The notes under the pieces: model-generated
The model's database searches: none
Told to the model about the DNA's origin: nothing
Seen by the model: the letters and a program-made list of their open reading frames with translations, nothing else
Source: Eubacteriales bacterium
Lineage (GTDB): Bacteria; Bacillota; Clostridia; Oscillospirales; CAG-272
DNA: 64,000 bases
Direction of reading: 5' to 3'
Assembly: GCA_045617585.1 (NCBI GenBank)
Contig: JAZLIW010000149.1
Span: forward strand, 1,671 to 65,670
Part shown: positions 46,992-56,556 of the stretch, piece after piece
Layout of the letters: each line of letters opens with the position of its first letter
Position numbering within the stretch: the stretch's first letter is position 1
Translations under genes and position numbers: made by a program

Positions 46992-48053
46992 ATGATTACG
47001 AAAAACAAACTGAAACCGCTTTCCGCTCTGATTCTGACGGTCGGCTTTCTGCTTCTCGGTTCCGTGACCGATACGGTCCTGACCGTCAGCGCGTCAGAAG
47101 CGGAGACCGGCGGCAGCACCGCGGCGTCCGCAAAGCAGGAGGAAGAGCACTTCGTTCTTCCGGGCGGTATGGCGTTCGGCGCACGGATCGGTACGAAAGG
47201 CGTCACCGTCTCCGCACTGACGAAGATCAACGGGTTTTCCCCGGCGGAACGGGCGGGGATCCGCGTAAAAGACGTCATCACGGGGATCGGCGGAAAAGAA
47301 ATCAATACCGCGGACGAGATCACGTCGGCAATACGTTCTTCCGGCGGGAAAACCGTACGGTTCACAGTCGTGCGGAACGGAAAGGAATTCACCGCGGAAG
47401 TCCTCCCGGAAAAGGACGCCACAGGCGAATATAAGGCGGGAGTATGGATCAGAGACACGACGTCAGGCATCGGCACAGTCACGTATATCGACCCGCAGAC
47501 GGGAAATTTCGGCGGTCTGGGGCACGGGATCTGTGACCCGGAGACCGGAGGGCTCGTTCCTCTCAGATGGGGCAGCGCGATACAGGTCACCATCGCCGGC
47601 GTCAGAAAAGGCGGAAAAGGAACGCCCGGTGAACTGAAGGGTTATTTCGGTGCCGGAGAAACAGGCGCGATCGGCTCCAACACGCCCGCGGGCGTATTCG
47701 GCACGTTCGACGAGATCCCGGAGGGAGAGCTTCTTCCCGTGGGAGACCCCGGTTCCGTCGCACCGGGAGAGGCGGAGATCCGCTGCACCCTGGACGGGAA
47801 CGGGATCGGCACGTATCGCGTCGAGCTGTCTTCGATCGCGATCCACGGGAACGGGCTGAAAAACTTCGTCATTACGGTCACCGATCCGGAGCTGCTGAAA
47901 AAGACCGGAGGAATCGTGCAGGGAATGAGCGGTTCCCCCGTGATCCAGAACGGGCACCTGATCGGCGCGGTCACCCACGTCCTGATCTCCGACCCGACGA
48001 AGGGTTACGGGACGTTCCTCGAAAACATGCTGCTTGCCTCCGAAGCAGATTGA
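46992..48053 (+). CDS. spoIVB: SpoIVB peptidase (S55), stage IV sporulation signalling protease
   Basis: AAAGGAGAAT RBS. TM anchor, PDZ domain (GIRVKDVITGIGG), GTVTYIDPQTGNFGGLGHGI, and catalytic GMSGSPV. Only the last 353 codons of the 922-aa track ORF are real. Confidence 0.9.
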   Translation: MITKNKLKPLSALILTVGFLLLGSVTDTVLTVSASEAETGGSTAASAKQEEEHFVLPGGMAFGARIGTKGVTVSALTKINGFSPAERAGIRVKDVITGIGGKEINTADEITSAIRSSGGKTVRFTVVRNGKEFTAEVLPEKDATGEYKAGVWIRDTTSGIGTVTYIDPQTGNFGGLGHGICDPETGGLVPLRWGSAIQVTIAGVRKGGKGTPGELKGYFGAGETGAIGSNTPAGVFGTFDEIPEGELLPVGDPGSVAPGEAEIRCTLDGNGIGTYRVELSSIAIHGNGLKNFVITVTDPELLKKTGGIVQGMSGSPVIQNGHLIGAVTHVLISDPTKGYGTFLENMLLASEAD

Positions 48054-48075
48054 GTGACTCCCCCGCCGAAAACGC

Positions 48076-48111
48076 AAAAAAAGGGACGGAATCCGTTTTC
48101 GTCCCTTTTTT
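48076..48111. terminator. Bidirectional terminator
   Basis: GGGACG / CGTCCC stem flanked by AAAAAAA and TTTTTT. Confidence 0.6.
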
Positions 48112-48128
48112 CATGTTGATTTCCGAAA

Positions 48129-50069
48129 TCAGAACGCATTGCTCACGTCAACGACGGAAACGTCCGCGGAGGCACCCTTTGCCATCGTCTGCTTTACCTT
48201 CGCACCGTCAAGTTCATCGTCGAAAACGACCAGGACTTCTTCCCCGCCGTTCGTGATCACGATATTATCGTAATACACGTAGTATTCCCCGTTCTCGAAA
48301 TTTCCCTGACTGCGTTCGGGATGCGCGGCGAGCATCAGGTAGTCGATCGTCTTTCCGCTCAGTGAATCGAGGAAGAGAATGCGGTGATACCACTGTCCTT
48401 CCGCGAGATCGCGCAGATCGGTGTTCGGATGGGCGCGTCTGCCCTCCGCGTCACCGACGCCGCCGTCACGCAGCGTGACGTTTTCCTTCGTCAACCCGTC
48501 AATCGCGCCGAAGCCTGAGAGCGCCGGAGAGGACAGGAACACGTCGTATTCCAGACGGTCGCCCTCCCTGACCGTATATCCGAGATCGGCGAAACGGGTA
48601 AAGACGTAGCCGAGGTTTTCGGAGGCGGGCAGATCCATCGTGACCTGATAGGAAATGACGCTGCCCTGCGGATCGGCTTTTGCGCTTTCGGTCGAGGGAT
48701 CGTCCCACGTGGGCTTCACGGGATCGTTCCCTGCCATGTAGTTTTCGTCGTACGCTGCCCAGATCGCTTTGATCGTCGCCTCGTCTCCGCAGCCGCCTCT
48801 CTTCTTGTCGAAGCCCTTATACTGATACGAGGAGATCGTCCCGTCGGGACGATACAGACGCGCGGTACGCTCACAGGGCATGGCAAAGAAAGACTTGCCC
48901 GCTTCAAAGGAGGTGACCCACTTGTTCGCGTAATCCAGAAATTCGTGACGGTAGTCGTCCGGCTGGTTGGCGAACCAGGTGATCTCATCCATTCCCCAGA
49001 CGTACGTCGAGCCGTAGGTCGGACGATTCAGATTCGCGTCGTCCACACCGAAGTTATCAAGCTCGACGAGATACGGGAGGACGTCGGTCTCCCAGCCGGA
49101 GTGGGTCTTGCCGCCGAGGCTTTTACCGTAGATCGCGTCGGTATAGCCCTGCTTGAAGAACGCGTTCTGCGGGTCGTCCTTCGTCGGGAAATGTGCCTTC
49201 TGACGGTTGTCGGAGGCGGGGCGGGACGGATACATGTGGAAGTCGAAGAGCAGATATCCGTCGGCGCCGATGATCCCGTGCGTATGCGCGTTCAGGAAGA
49301 CGAAATGACGTCTTGCGTGCTGCGACGCGTATTCACGGATCATATTCAGTACCTTGGTCCAGCAGTTCCAGCCGCCGTCCGAAGCGCCGATCAGGTGGAC
49401 CTGACCGAGATGGAGCGCTTCGAATCCGGTATCGATATAACGCGCCGCACGGTAATAGAAGAACATCTGCGTTTCGAGCTGCGTCATATCCGGGACGGTG
49501 GTGTTCGCGCCCCACTGATCCTTATATCTCCCGTCCGGGAACTTCATCCGGTCGTAGGAAAAATTACGGTTCTCCGGCTCAAGTCCGAATGCCTCGAAAA
49601 CGAACGCGGGAATCGGAATATCGTTGACGCCCTTTCCGATGCATTCAAAAATGCAGGCCTCGAACACGACGTCGGGATCGTTCAGATGGACGCCCTTGAT
49701 AAAGGCCTCCTGACTGGAATATTTGGATTCTTCCGCGCCGGACGGATTCCAGACCGTCATAGCGCGGCAGATGTATTTCGCGCCGGTATTCAGAATGAAC
49801 TGCTTGGCAGCCAGATCCTTGGAAAGGTCCATATTTTCGCCCGAGATGGTGACCGCGTGCGCAAGATAGTTGGTCAGGACCTCCTCGGTCACGCTGCCGT
49901 CGAACTGATAATCGATCGTTCTTTTCACGGTAGGTTCCTCCTTCGTTTCTTCCGGTCCGGTCTCACCGGGGGCATCGGTATCCGCGGGTTTTTCCGTCTG
50001 TCCGGTGCAGGCTGCCGCGCACGGCAGAAGGAGCATGACGGAAAGAAGTACGAGCAAGATTCTTTTCAT
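48129..50069 (-). CDS. Large secreted lipoprotein of unknown function
   Basis: Start at MKRILLVLLSVMLLLPCAAAC (lipobox) after a GGAGGCAC RBS. 646 aa. I recognise no family. A beta-rich C-terminal region of about 150 aa. Confidence 0.6.
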   Translation of the reverse strand: MKRILLVLLSVMLLLPCAAACTGQTEKPADTDAPGETGPEETKEEPTVKRTIDYQFDGSVTEEVLTNYLAHAVTISGENMDLSKDLAAKQFILNTGAKYICRAMTVWNPSGAEESKYSSQEAFIKGVHLNDPDVVFEACIFECIGKGVNDIPIPAFVFEAFGLEPENRNFSYDRMKFPDGRYKDQWGANTTVPDMTQLETQMFFYYRAARYIDTGFEALHLGQVHLIGASDGGWNCWTKVLNMIREYASQHARRHFVFLNAHTHGIIGADGYLLFDFHMYPSRPASDNRQKAHFPTKDDPQNAFFKQGYTDAIYGKSLGGKTHSGWETDVLPYLVELDNFGVDDANLNRPTYGSTYVWGMDEITWFANQPDDYRHEFLDYANKWVTSFEAGKSFFAMPCERTARLYRPDGTISSYQYKGFDKKRGGCGDEATIKAIWAAYDENYMAGNDPVKPTWDDPSTESAKADPQGSVISYQVTMDLPASENLGYVFTRFADLGYTVREGDRLEYDVFLSSPALSGFGAIDGLTKENVTLRDGGVGDAEGRRAHPNTDLRDLAEGQWYHRILFLDSLSGKTIDYLMLAAHPERSQGNFENGEYYVYYDNIVITNGGEEVLVVFDDELDGAKVKQTMAKGASADVSVVDVSNAF

Positions 50070-50097
50070 GTTGTGCCTCCTTACGTTTTCTGATTTC

Positions 50098-50126
50098 ATT
50101 ATACAGTTCCCGTACGGTTTTGTCAA
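50098..50126 (-). promoter_or_regulatory. Sigma-A-type promoter for the lipoprotein gene
   Basis: On the minus strand, TTGACA, 17-nt spacer, TG-TATAAT. Confidence 0.6.
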
Positions 50127-50144
50127 TCTTTTCTTGCCGCTTCG

Positions 50145-51536
50145 TTATATTGCTGCCGGATCCCTTTCCTCCGTGAGTCTTATCCTGCGGTCCAGACGTT
50201 TTTTCAGGATCACGTAACAGATCATATGGACGGAGAAGGTCAGGAACCAGGAGATCGGATATGAGAGATACAGACAGAACTGCGTCCGGACCGAGTCGAA
50301 GACCGTATAGATCCATACGATCCGGAAGCCGCAGGCACCGCAGAGGGACACGATCATGGGAACGACCGAATAGCCGATCCCGCGCAGCATTCCGACCATC
50401 ACGTCCATCATACCGCACAGGAAATACGTCGGACAGATGATCGAAAGGCGGATCAGCCCCGCGGCGATATCCTCCGCATTATTGGAATAGATCCCGAGCA
50501 GCTCGCTGCCGAACAGATACGCGGAAAAGCCGAAGATCAGTCCCGTCATGGAGACGAGGAAGAGAGAACTGAACAGGATCTTTTTGATCCGACCGTACTT
50601 TCTCGCGCCGAAATTCTGACTGGTGAAGGTAATGGCAGCGTGATAGAACGCGTTCATCGCCGCGTACACGAAGCCCTCGATGTTCGCGGCGTCCCCGTTG
50701 CCTGCCATGACGGTCGGTCCAAAGGAATTGACGCCGGACTGAATAATAACGTTGGACAGAGAAAAGAGCGTACTCTGCAGCCCGGCGGGAAGACCGACGC
50801 GCAGGATCTCGGTCAGCTTGTCCCGACGGATCTTCAGCTTTGAGAGGATCAGGCGGAAGCTGGCATCCGAACGGACGAGGCAGATCACGACAAGAAGCGC
50901 GGAAACGACCTGTGATGCCGCCGTGGCGATCGCAACGCCGGCAACACCCATCCCGAACGCGATCACGGTCACGAGATTGAAAATGACGTTGATCACGCCG
51001 GCGATCAGAAGAAAGATCAGCGGGCGCCTCGTATCGCCGATCGCGCGGAGAACGGCAGAGCCGAAATTATATACCATACACGCCGGGATCCCGAGAAAAT
51101 AGATCTTCAGGTATCTGACGGCGAGCGGAAGGACCTGCGGATCCGTTTTCATGAGGACAAGGAGCGGTTCCGCCGCAAAAAAGCCGAAGACCGCGACCGC
51201 GATCCCGCCCATCAGGCTGATGAGCATGGAGGTATGAACGGTATCGTGGACGGCAGCATCGTCCTGCGCACCGTAATAGCGGGCGACGATGACGTTGACG
51301 CCGACGGAAAGGCCGAGGAACAGATTGATGATCAGATTGATCAGGGACCCGGTCGAGCTGACCGCTGCCTGCTGGAGATATCCGGTCTCGCCGCTGAATT
51401 TTCCAACGACGACGAGGTCAGCCGCGTTGAACAGAAGCTGAAGCACGCTGGACGCGATCAGAGGAAGCGTGAAGAGAAGCATTTTCGGGATGATCGCACC
51501 CGAACACATATCCATTTCCGCAGAACGGTTTTTCAC
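50145..51536 (-). CDS. MATE family efflux transporter
   Basis: 463 aa with 12 predicted TM helices. N-terminal PKMLLFTLPLIASSVLQLLFNAADLVVVG is typical of MATE/NorM. Confidence 0.9.
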   Translation of the reverse strand: MKNRSAEMDMCSGAIIPKMLLFTLPLIASSVLQLLFNAADLVVVGKFSGETGYLQQAAVSSTGSLINLIINLFLGLSVGVNVIVARYYGAQDDAAVHDTVHTSMLISLMGGIAVAVFGFFAAEPLLVLMKTDPQVLPLAVRYLKIYFLGIPACMVYNFGSAVLRAIGDTRRPLIFLLIAGVINVIFNLVTVIAFGMGVAGVAIATAASQVVSALLVVICLVRSDASFRLILSKLKIRRDKLTEILRVGLPAGLQSTLFSLSNVIIQSGVNSFGPTVMAGNGDAANIEGFVYAAMNAFYHAAITFTSQNFGARKYGRIKKILFSSLFLVSMTGLIFGFSAYLFGSELLGIYSNNAEDIAAGLIRLSIICPTYFLCGMMDVMVGMLRGIGYSVVPMIVSLCGACGFRIVWIYTVFDSVRTQFCLYLSYPISWFLTFSVHMICYVILKKRLDRRIRLTEERDPAAI

Positions 51537-51632
51537 CTGGAAACCACCTTCATTTCATTCGCCCATTATAGCATTATCCGCGCCAAAAGTCAAGATTCGA
51601 CCCCCGAATCTTTCGTTGTTCACATTCCGCTC

Positions 51633-51661
51633 TTGATATCATAGAAAAATCGTGATATACT
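51633..51661 (+). promoter_or_regulatory. Sigma-A-type promoter for mtaB
   Basis: TTGATA, 17-nt spacer, TGa-TATACT. Confidence 0.55.
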
Positions 51662-51693
51662 GAATAAAACGGAAGAATGACCGGAGAAAATTC

Positions 51694-52989
51694 ATGAACG
51701 AAAAACAACACCGTGCTTCCCTGCTGACGCTTGGCTGCAAGGTCAACCAATATGAGAGCCAATCGATCGCGGAAGCGCTGGAACGCAGCGGCTTTACGGT
51801 CGTCCCCTTCGGTGAGAGAGCGGACGCCGCGGTGATCAATACCTGCACCGTCACGTCGGAGGGCGGAAGAAAAGCGAGACAGATGATCCGCAGATGCGCA
51901 AAGGAGCAGCCTGACTGTGCGATCCTCGTCACGGGGTGTGACGCGCAGCTCGAACCGGAAAAGCTGCTGGCGCTGCCGGACGTAGTTTACGTCTGCGGCA
52001 CGAGGAACAAGATGACGGTCGTCGCGGAGGCGCTCCGCGCCGTAAATGGTGACAGGGAGAAAAAGAACGGCGTCATCCCCGCAGACAGTCCCTTCGAGGC
52101 GATGGAGATCACGCGCTTTGAACGCACGCGCGCGTACGTCAAGATCCAGGACGGCTGCAACGCCCGCTGCACCTACTGCATCATTCCGACCGTGCGCGGA
52201 ACGATCACCTCCCGTCCGAAGGAGGAGATCCTGCGCGAGGTCCGTGCGCTTGCGGACGCCGGCTGTCCCGAGATCGTCCTCACCGGGATCGAGACCTCCG
52301 CGTACGGGTACGGTCTGACCGACCTCATGCGGCAGATCGAAGACGTCGGCGGCATCCGTCAGGTCCGTCTCGGCTCGCTGGACCCCTCCTTCATGCGGAA
52401 GGATTTCGTCGACGCGATCGCCTCCATGAAAAAACCGGTACATCATTTTCATCTTTCCCTTCAGAGCGGGAGCAACCGTATCCTTGCACTGATGAAGCGG
52501 AAGTACAACCGGGAAACGGCGCTTTCCAATATGGAATATATCCGTTCCGTCATGCCGGACGTCATGTTCTCGACCGATATCATGACGGGCTTCCCCGGTG
52601 AAACGGAGGAGGACTTCCACGATACCGTCGACTTTGCGAAGCGGGCGGGTTTCCTCCACATCCACATCTTCACCTATTCCAGGCGCCCCGGTACGCCCGC
52701 GGCGGAAATGAAGGATCAGGTGCCGGAGAACGTCAAGATCGAGCGCTCCCATCGGCTGAACCAGGTCGGGGAAAGCATCCGCGACGGGATTTACCGTAAA
52801 GTCATCGAAAAAGGCGAGCCGATCGAGGTACTGATCGAGACCGTCAAAGACGGGATCGCGGCAGGTCACACCGCGAACTTCCTTTCCTGCGTGTTTCCGG
52901 TCCCTGCCTGCGGCGACTACCGCGCTTCCTTCGTCAGAGTTCTGCCGACCGGGATCGAGGGGGACAGTATCCTATGCAGACTGCCGTAA
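51694..52989 (+). CDS. mtaB: tRNA (t6A37) methylthiotransferase
   Basis: UPF0004 N-domain (TLGCKVNQYES), radical SAM CNARCTYC, and a C-terminal TRAM-like domain. Confidence 0.85.
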   Translation: MNEKQHRASLLTLGCKVNQYESQSIAEALERSGFTVVPFGERADAAVINTCTVTSEGGRKARQMIRRCAKEQPDCAILVTGCDAQLEPEKLLALPDVVYVCGTRNKMTVVAEALRAVNGDREKKNGVIPADSPFEAMEITRFERTRAYVKIQDGCNARCTYCIIPTVRGTITSRPKEEILREVRALADAGCPEIVLTGIETSAYGYGLTDLMRQIEDVGGIRQVRLGSLDPSFMRKDFVDAIASMKKPVHHFHLSLQSGSNRILALMKRKYNRETALSNMEYIRSVMPDVMFSTDIMTGFPGETEEDFHDTVDFAKRAGFLHIHIFTYSRRPGTPAAEMKDQVPENVKIERSHRLNQVGESIRDGIYRKVIEKGEPIEVLIETVKDGIAAGHTANFLSCVFPVPACGDYRASFVRVLPTGIEGDSILCRLP

Positions 52990-54308
52990 TAAAACGCGGA
53001 GCGGCGTTTCTGCTCCTCCTTTGCGTCCTTCTGACTGTGCTTCTTCCCGCCTGCGGCGACCCGACGGCAAAAGAACCCGTTTCGACCGGTGCGGATCATC
53101 CGGCAGAGGATTCCAACCCCGAAACCATACCGGAGATCCAAACCGACACCGAAAAGCAGACGGAGCCCGAAACGCTGCCTGAAACAGAACCGGAGACCGA
53201 GCCCGTGACGGAGCCCGAAACGGAACCGGAAACCGAGCCCGTGACGGAGCCCGAAACGGAACCGGTGACGGAGCCCGAAACGGAACCGGAAACCGAGCCG
53301 GAACCGGACCCGGTGGAAAAGCTCCTCTCCTCCCTCTCACTGGAAGAAAAGGTCGGGCAGATGTTCCTCGTCCGTTATCCCGCGACGGGTGTCGAGGAAG
53401 CGATCCGGGTTTACAAGGTCGGCAATATCGTTCTGTTCGCAAACGATTACGACGGGCTGACCGTATCGCAGGCAAAAGAAAAAACCGCCGCGCTTCAGCG
53501 TCTCTCCCGGATCGGGATGCTGCTTGCCGTCGACGAGGAAGGCGGAAAGGTCAACCGCATTTCCAAATTCAGCAGACTGAGAGACGCGCCCTTCCCTTCG
53601 CCGCAGGAGGTATATCTTTCGGGAGGAATGGAGGCGGTCGCCGCGGATGCCCGGGAGAAAGGAACGTTTCTCCGTTCCTTCGGCATCAACCTGAATCTTG
53701 CCCCGGTCGCCGACGTTTCCTCCGATCCGGACGACTTTATTTACGCCCGCACCTTCGGCAAAGACGCGTCAATGACCGCGGATTATATCCGAACCGTTGT
53801 GACGGAAACGATGAAGACCGGCATTGCCTGCACGCTCAAGCATTTTCCCGGATACGGCAATAACGCGGACACGCACACCGGGATCGCCGTTGACGAAAGG
53901 AGCCTTGCCTCCTTCCGTGAAAACGATCTTCTCCCGTTCCGCGCCGGGATCGAGGCGGGAGTGCCCGCCGTCATGGTCTCCCACAACATCGTAAAGTGCA
54001 TGGATCCGGACCGTCCGGCATCCCTCTCCCCTGCCGTCCACACGCTGCTGCGCGAGGAGCTCGGTTTTGAAGGCGTCATCATCACGGACGAACTTTCGAT
54101 GGGCGCGATCCTTGCCTATACCGACGGAAAAAGCGCGGCGGTCGCTGCGGTCCTCGCCGGGAACGATCTCCTCTGCGTCACGGATTACCGGACGCAGATC
54201 CCCGCCGTCATCGACGCAGTGCGCAGCGGTACGATCACGGAAGACCGGATCGACGATTCCGTGCGCCGGATCCTGCGTTTGAAATACGACCTCGGACTGA
54301 TCGATTGA
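52974..54308 (+). CDS. Glycoside hydrolase family 3 (NagZ-like beta-N-acetylhexosaminidase) lipoprotein with a T/E/P repeat linker
   Basis: Lipobox LLPACG, (TEPE/VTEPE)n linker, and a GH3 core (KHFPGYG, VMVSHN). The 5' end overlaps mtaB by 16 nt. Confidence 0.82.
   Translation: MQTAVIKRGAAFLLLLCVLLTVLLPACGDPTAKEPVSTGADHPAEDSNPETIPEIQTDTEKQTEPETLPETEPETEPVTEPETEPETEPVTEPETEPVTEPETEPETEPEPDPVEKLLSSLSLEEKVGQMFLVRYPATGVEEAIRVYKVGNIVLFANDYDGLTVSQAKEKTAALQRLSRIGMLLAVDEEGGKVNRISKFSRLRDAPFPSPQEVYLSGGMEAVAADAREKGTFLRSFGINLNLAPVADVSSDPDDFIYARTFGKDASMTADYIRTVVTETMKTGIACTLKHFPGYGNNADTHTGIAVDERSLASFRENDLLPFRAGIEAGVPAVMVSHNIVKCMDPDRPASLSPAVHTLLREELGFEGVIITDELSMGAILAYTDGKSAAVAAVLAGNDLLCVTDYRTQIPAVIDAVRSGTITEDRIDDSVRRILRLKYDLGLID
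53161..53312 (+). repeat. In-frame tandem repeat encoding the (E/V)TEPETEP linker of the GH3 lipoprotein
   Basis: GACGGAGCCCGAAACGGAACCGG recurs at about 53207, 53243 and 53267. The unit is 24-36 nt and imperfect. Confidence 0.8.
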
Positions 54309-54314
54309 AAGGTC

Positions 54315-54352
54315 GGGACCGGTCCCCCATGAGGAGACCGGTCCCGTATTTT
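54315..54352. terminator. Hairpin terminator between convergent genes
   Basis: GGGACCGGTC / GACCGGTCCC 10-bp stem followed by GTATTTTAT. Confidence 0.6.
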
Positions 54353-54914
54353 ATAAGAACAAGGGCCTTAACTGCTTTCCTTCCGCCGCGGCGTTGACCG
54401 CGCTTTCGCACAGCGAAAAATCGCAGACGAGGGAATACGGCTTTTTCTCCGGATCGTCCTGCCGCAGGGGGACGAAATAAACGGATTTCTTCTCGGAAAG
54501 CGTCCCGAGATTTTTCAGGTTCGCGCTCATCGCGTCGTTGCTGGCGAGCGCGATCACGAGCGGCCTTCCCTGCCTTAAATGCGCTTTGGCTGCCATCGTT
54601 ACCGGCGTGTCCGTGATCCCCGCCGCAAGCTTAGCAAGCGTATTGCCCGTGCAGGGGCAGATCAGAAGAAGATCGAGCGGCTCCTTCGGACCAAGCGGTT
54701 CCGCGCCCGCGATCGACGCGATCGGCTTTTTTCCGGTGCGCTTCTCCAGCTCCCCGATCAGTGCCGCAGCGGTCCCGAACCGCGTTTCCCCCGAAGCGCA
54801 GGAAAAACTGACGATCGGAACGATCCCGTGCCCGGCGGAAAGAAGCCGGTCCAGGACCGAAAGCGCCTGCGCGTGCGTGCAGAAGGAACCCGTCATCGCA
54901 AAACCGAGTTTCAC
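54351..54914 (-). CDS. dpaB: Dipicolinate synthase subunit B
   Basis: 187 aa flavoprotein fold (AMTGSFCT). Sits immediately downstream of dpaA with a 4-nt overlap. Confidence 0.88.
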   Translation of the reverse strand: MKLGFAMTGSFCTHAQALSVLDRLLSAGHGIVPIVSFSCASGETRFGTAAALIGELEKRTGKKPIASIAGAEPLGPKEPLDLLLICPCTGNTLAKLAAGITDTPVTMAAKAHLRQGRPLVIALASNDAMSANLKNLGTLSEKKSVYFVPLRQDDPEKKPYSLVCDFSLCESAVNAAAEGKQLRPLFL

Positions 54915-55792
54915 GTTGCGTCCCCCTCCGTTCCCGGTCCGACGCCTGACCGCGCCGCGTCCGTATACCGTAAGATCGCTTCGGCGATCGCGTTTCCCGC
55001 GGTCACAGGCGCCGTCTTTCCCGGAAGGGAAAGCGCCCAGATCAGACGGACGCCGTGTTCCGCAGCGTAACTTCTGTCCGCCCCGCCGGGAGCGGAAGCA
55101 AGATCGATAATAAGCGTCTCTGTCCCGATCTCCTTCAGCAGTGCCGCGTCAAAGAGCGGTGCGGGAATGGTATTTAAGATCAGATCCTGTCCTCCGACTT
55201 CGGACGCGAGTTCTTCCGTGCCGATCGCCCCGCATCCGGCGATGCGTGCCCAGACGCGGTCGGATTCCTTTCTTGCCGCGACCGTGACCGCGGCGCCGTA
55301 ACCTTTCATGATCCGGGCGAGGTTTTTACCGATCCTGCCGTAGCCGGCGATCAGGACCCTCGCGCCGAAAAGCGTCGTGCGGAGCTGACCGAGCGCCGCC
55401 GCTGCCGCGCCCTCCGCCGTGGCGGCGGCGTTCACGACCGTCAGCGCCTCGTCTCCGAAATAATCGAAATACGCAGCACCGGTCTGACCGGTCCTGCGTT
55501 CCGTTCCTTCGGTTCCGCAGCCGAGGGCAAGCGTCTGCCCCGCACGGAGCGCGCCGAACACCGCCGCAAGCGGGATCGGGCTTTCGGTCCCCGGGGAGAA
55601 AACGTGGATCCCGTCGGTCGAATACGGCAGCGGCAGAACGATCAGCTCCGCGTCCCGTATCTTTGCGGCAAGATCCTCCGTTCCCTCTTTGATCCGCTCC
55701 GTAAGGAAGCCGGAGGCACGAAGCCGTTCCGTGACCGTATCGAACCTCATATCCCCGCCGAGGATCAGCGCGCGCATTTTTTCCGTCCGCAT
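54911..55792 (-). CDS. dpaA: Dipicolinate synthase subunit A
   Basis: 293 aa. N-terminal LGGDMR and a central NAD-binding GYGRIG motif. The start may instead be 55777. Confidence 0.85.
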   Translation of the reverse strand: MRTEKMRALILGGDMRFDTVTERLRASGFLTERIKEGTEDLAAKIRDAELIVLPLPYSTDGIHVFSPGTESPIPLAAVFGALRAGQTLALGCGTEGTERRTGQTGAAYFDYFGDEALTVVNAAATAEGAAAAALGQLRTTLFGARVLIAGYGRIGKNLARIMKGYGAAVTVAARKESDRVWARIAGCGAIGTEELASEVGGQDLILNTIPAPLFDAALLKEIGTETLIIDLASAPGGADRSYAAEHGVRLIWALSLPGKTAPVTAGNAIAEAILRYTDAARSGVGPGTEGDAT

Positions 55793-55858
55793 ACTTTCAC
55801 CTCTGTTTCATTTCGTCAAAGGACCCGCGACCGTTACCGATCGCGGGTCCTCTGTGAA

Positions 55859-55885
55859 TATTGTATGCGGGAAACGGAAAGGGGT
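55859..55885 (-). promoter_or_regulatory. Candidate sigma-K-type promoter for dpaAB
   Basis: On the minus strand, AC, 16 nt, CATACAATA, which fits AC-16/17-CATAnnnTA. B. subtilis spoVF is sigma-K dependent. An 11-bp hairpin (55820-55851) lies between this site and the start codon. Confidence 0.3.
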
Positions 55886-56424
55886 CACTCCGAAACCGTA
55901 AGGATCTTATAATACAGCTCGGAATAGCTGTTCTCGCCGTTGTCTCTGTCCCAGCGCAGCAGGCTCACGCGCTCCACGCGGAACGTCCGGAACGGGACGG
56001 ACGCGGTAAACGACGCCTTGTTGAAGGAGGGGGAAAGCGCGGCTTCCTTGGCGAGCGTGATCAGCGGCTGATAAGGCGCTTTATCGACCTTGCACCCCAC
56101 GGTCGTGAAACCAATGGCAAGCTGTCTCTGCAGGGACATCAGCGGCTCACACCGGTCTGCACCCTCCCAGATCAGTTCGCCGATCGGGCGCTTGAAGGAA
56201 CCGAAGCCGCCGATCGTCAGGTCAAACGGCTCGATCGTGATGCGGTCCATGATCGCCTTCAGGGGGCCCGTCTGATCGACCTCACCGAGGTTCACGAGCG
56301 GCAGGAAGAGCTGTTCCGCGGGCGTCGTCTTGCCCTTGGTCAGATACGGGCGGAGCCGCCCGATATCGTTGAGCAGACTTGCGCGGATTTCTTCGTTGAA
56401 ACGGATCGCGGTCAGGATTCTCAT
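55885..56424 (-). CDS. 2H-phosphoesterase (ThpR/LigT) family homologue lacking both catalytic His residues
   Basis: Length and layout match ThpR. Motif 1 reads FLPL instead of HxTx, and motif 2 reads LITL instead of HxTx. Confidence 0.7.
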   Translation of the reverse strand: MRILTAIRFNEEIRASLLNDIGRLRPYLTKGKTTPAEQLFLPLVNLGEVDQTGPLKAIMDRITIEPFDLTIGGFGSFKRPIGELIWEGADRCEPLMSLQRQLAIGFTTVGCKVDKAPYQPLITLAKEAALSPSFNKASFTASVPFRTFRVERVSLLRWDRDNGENSYSELYYKILTVSE

Positions 56425-56527
56425 AGCGTTGTTCCTCTTTCTTTCAGATTCTGTTTTTCATTATACTCGCAACCTGTGAAAAAATCAAGCGTCCGGAAAG
56501 GTGTTTTTTTCGCCTTTTGAAAAACTC

Positions 56528-56556
56528 TTGATTTTTACGGTTTTCCGCGGTATAAT
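56528..56556 (+). promoter_or_regulatory. Sigma-A-type promoter for hprK
   Basis: TTGATT, 17-nt spacer, cGG-TATAAT. Confidence 0.55.

Noticed and set aside
53161-53312. Tandem repeats, considered as a possible CRISPR or minisatellite element.
   Set aside because: The repeats are in frame inside the GH3 gene and encode a T/E/P linker. There are no unique spacers, no leader and no cas genes.
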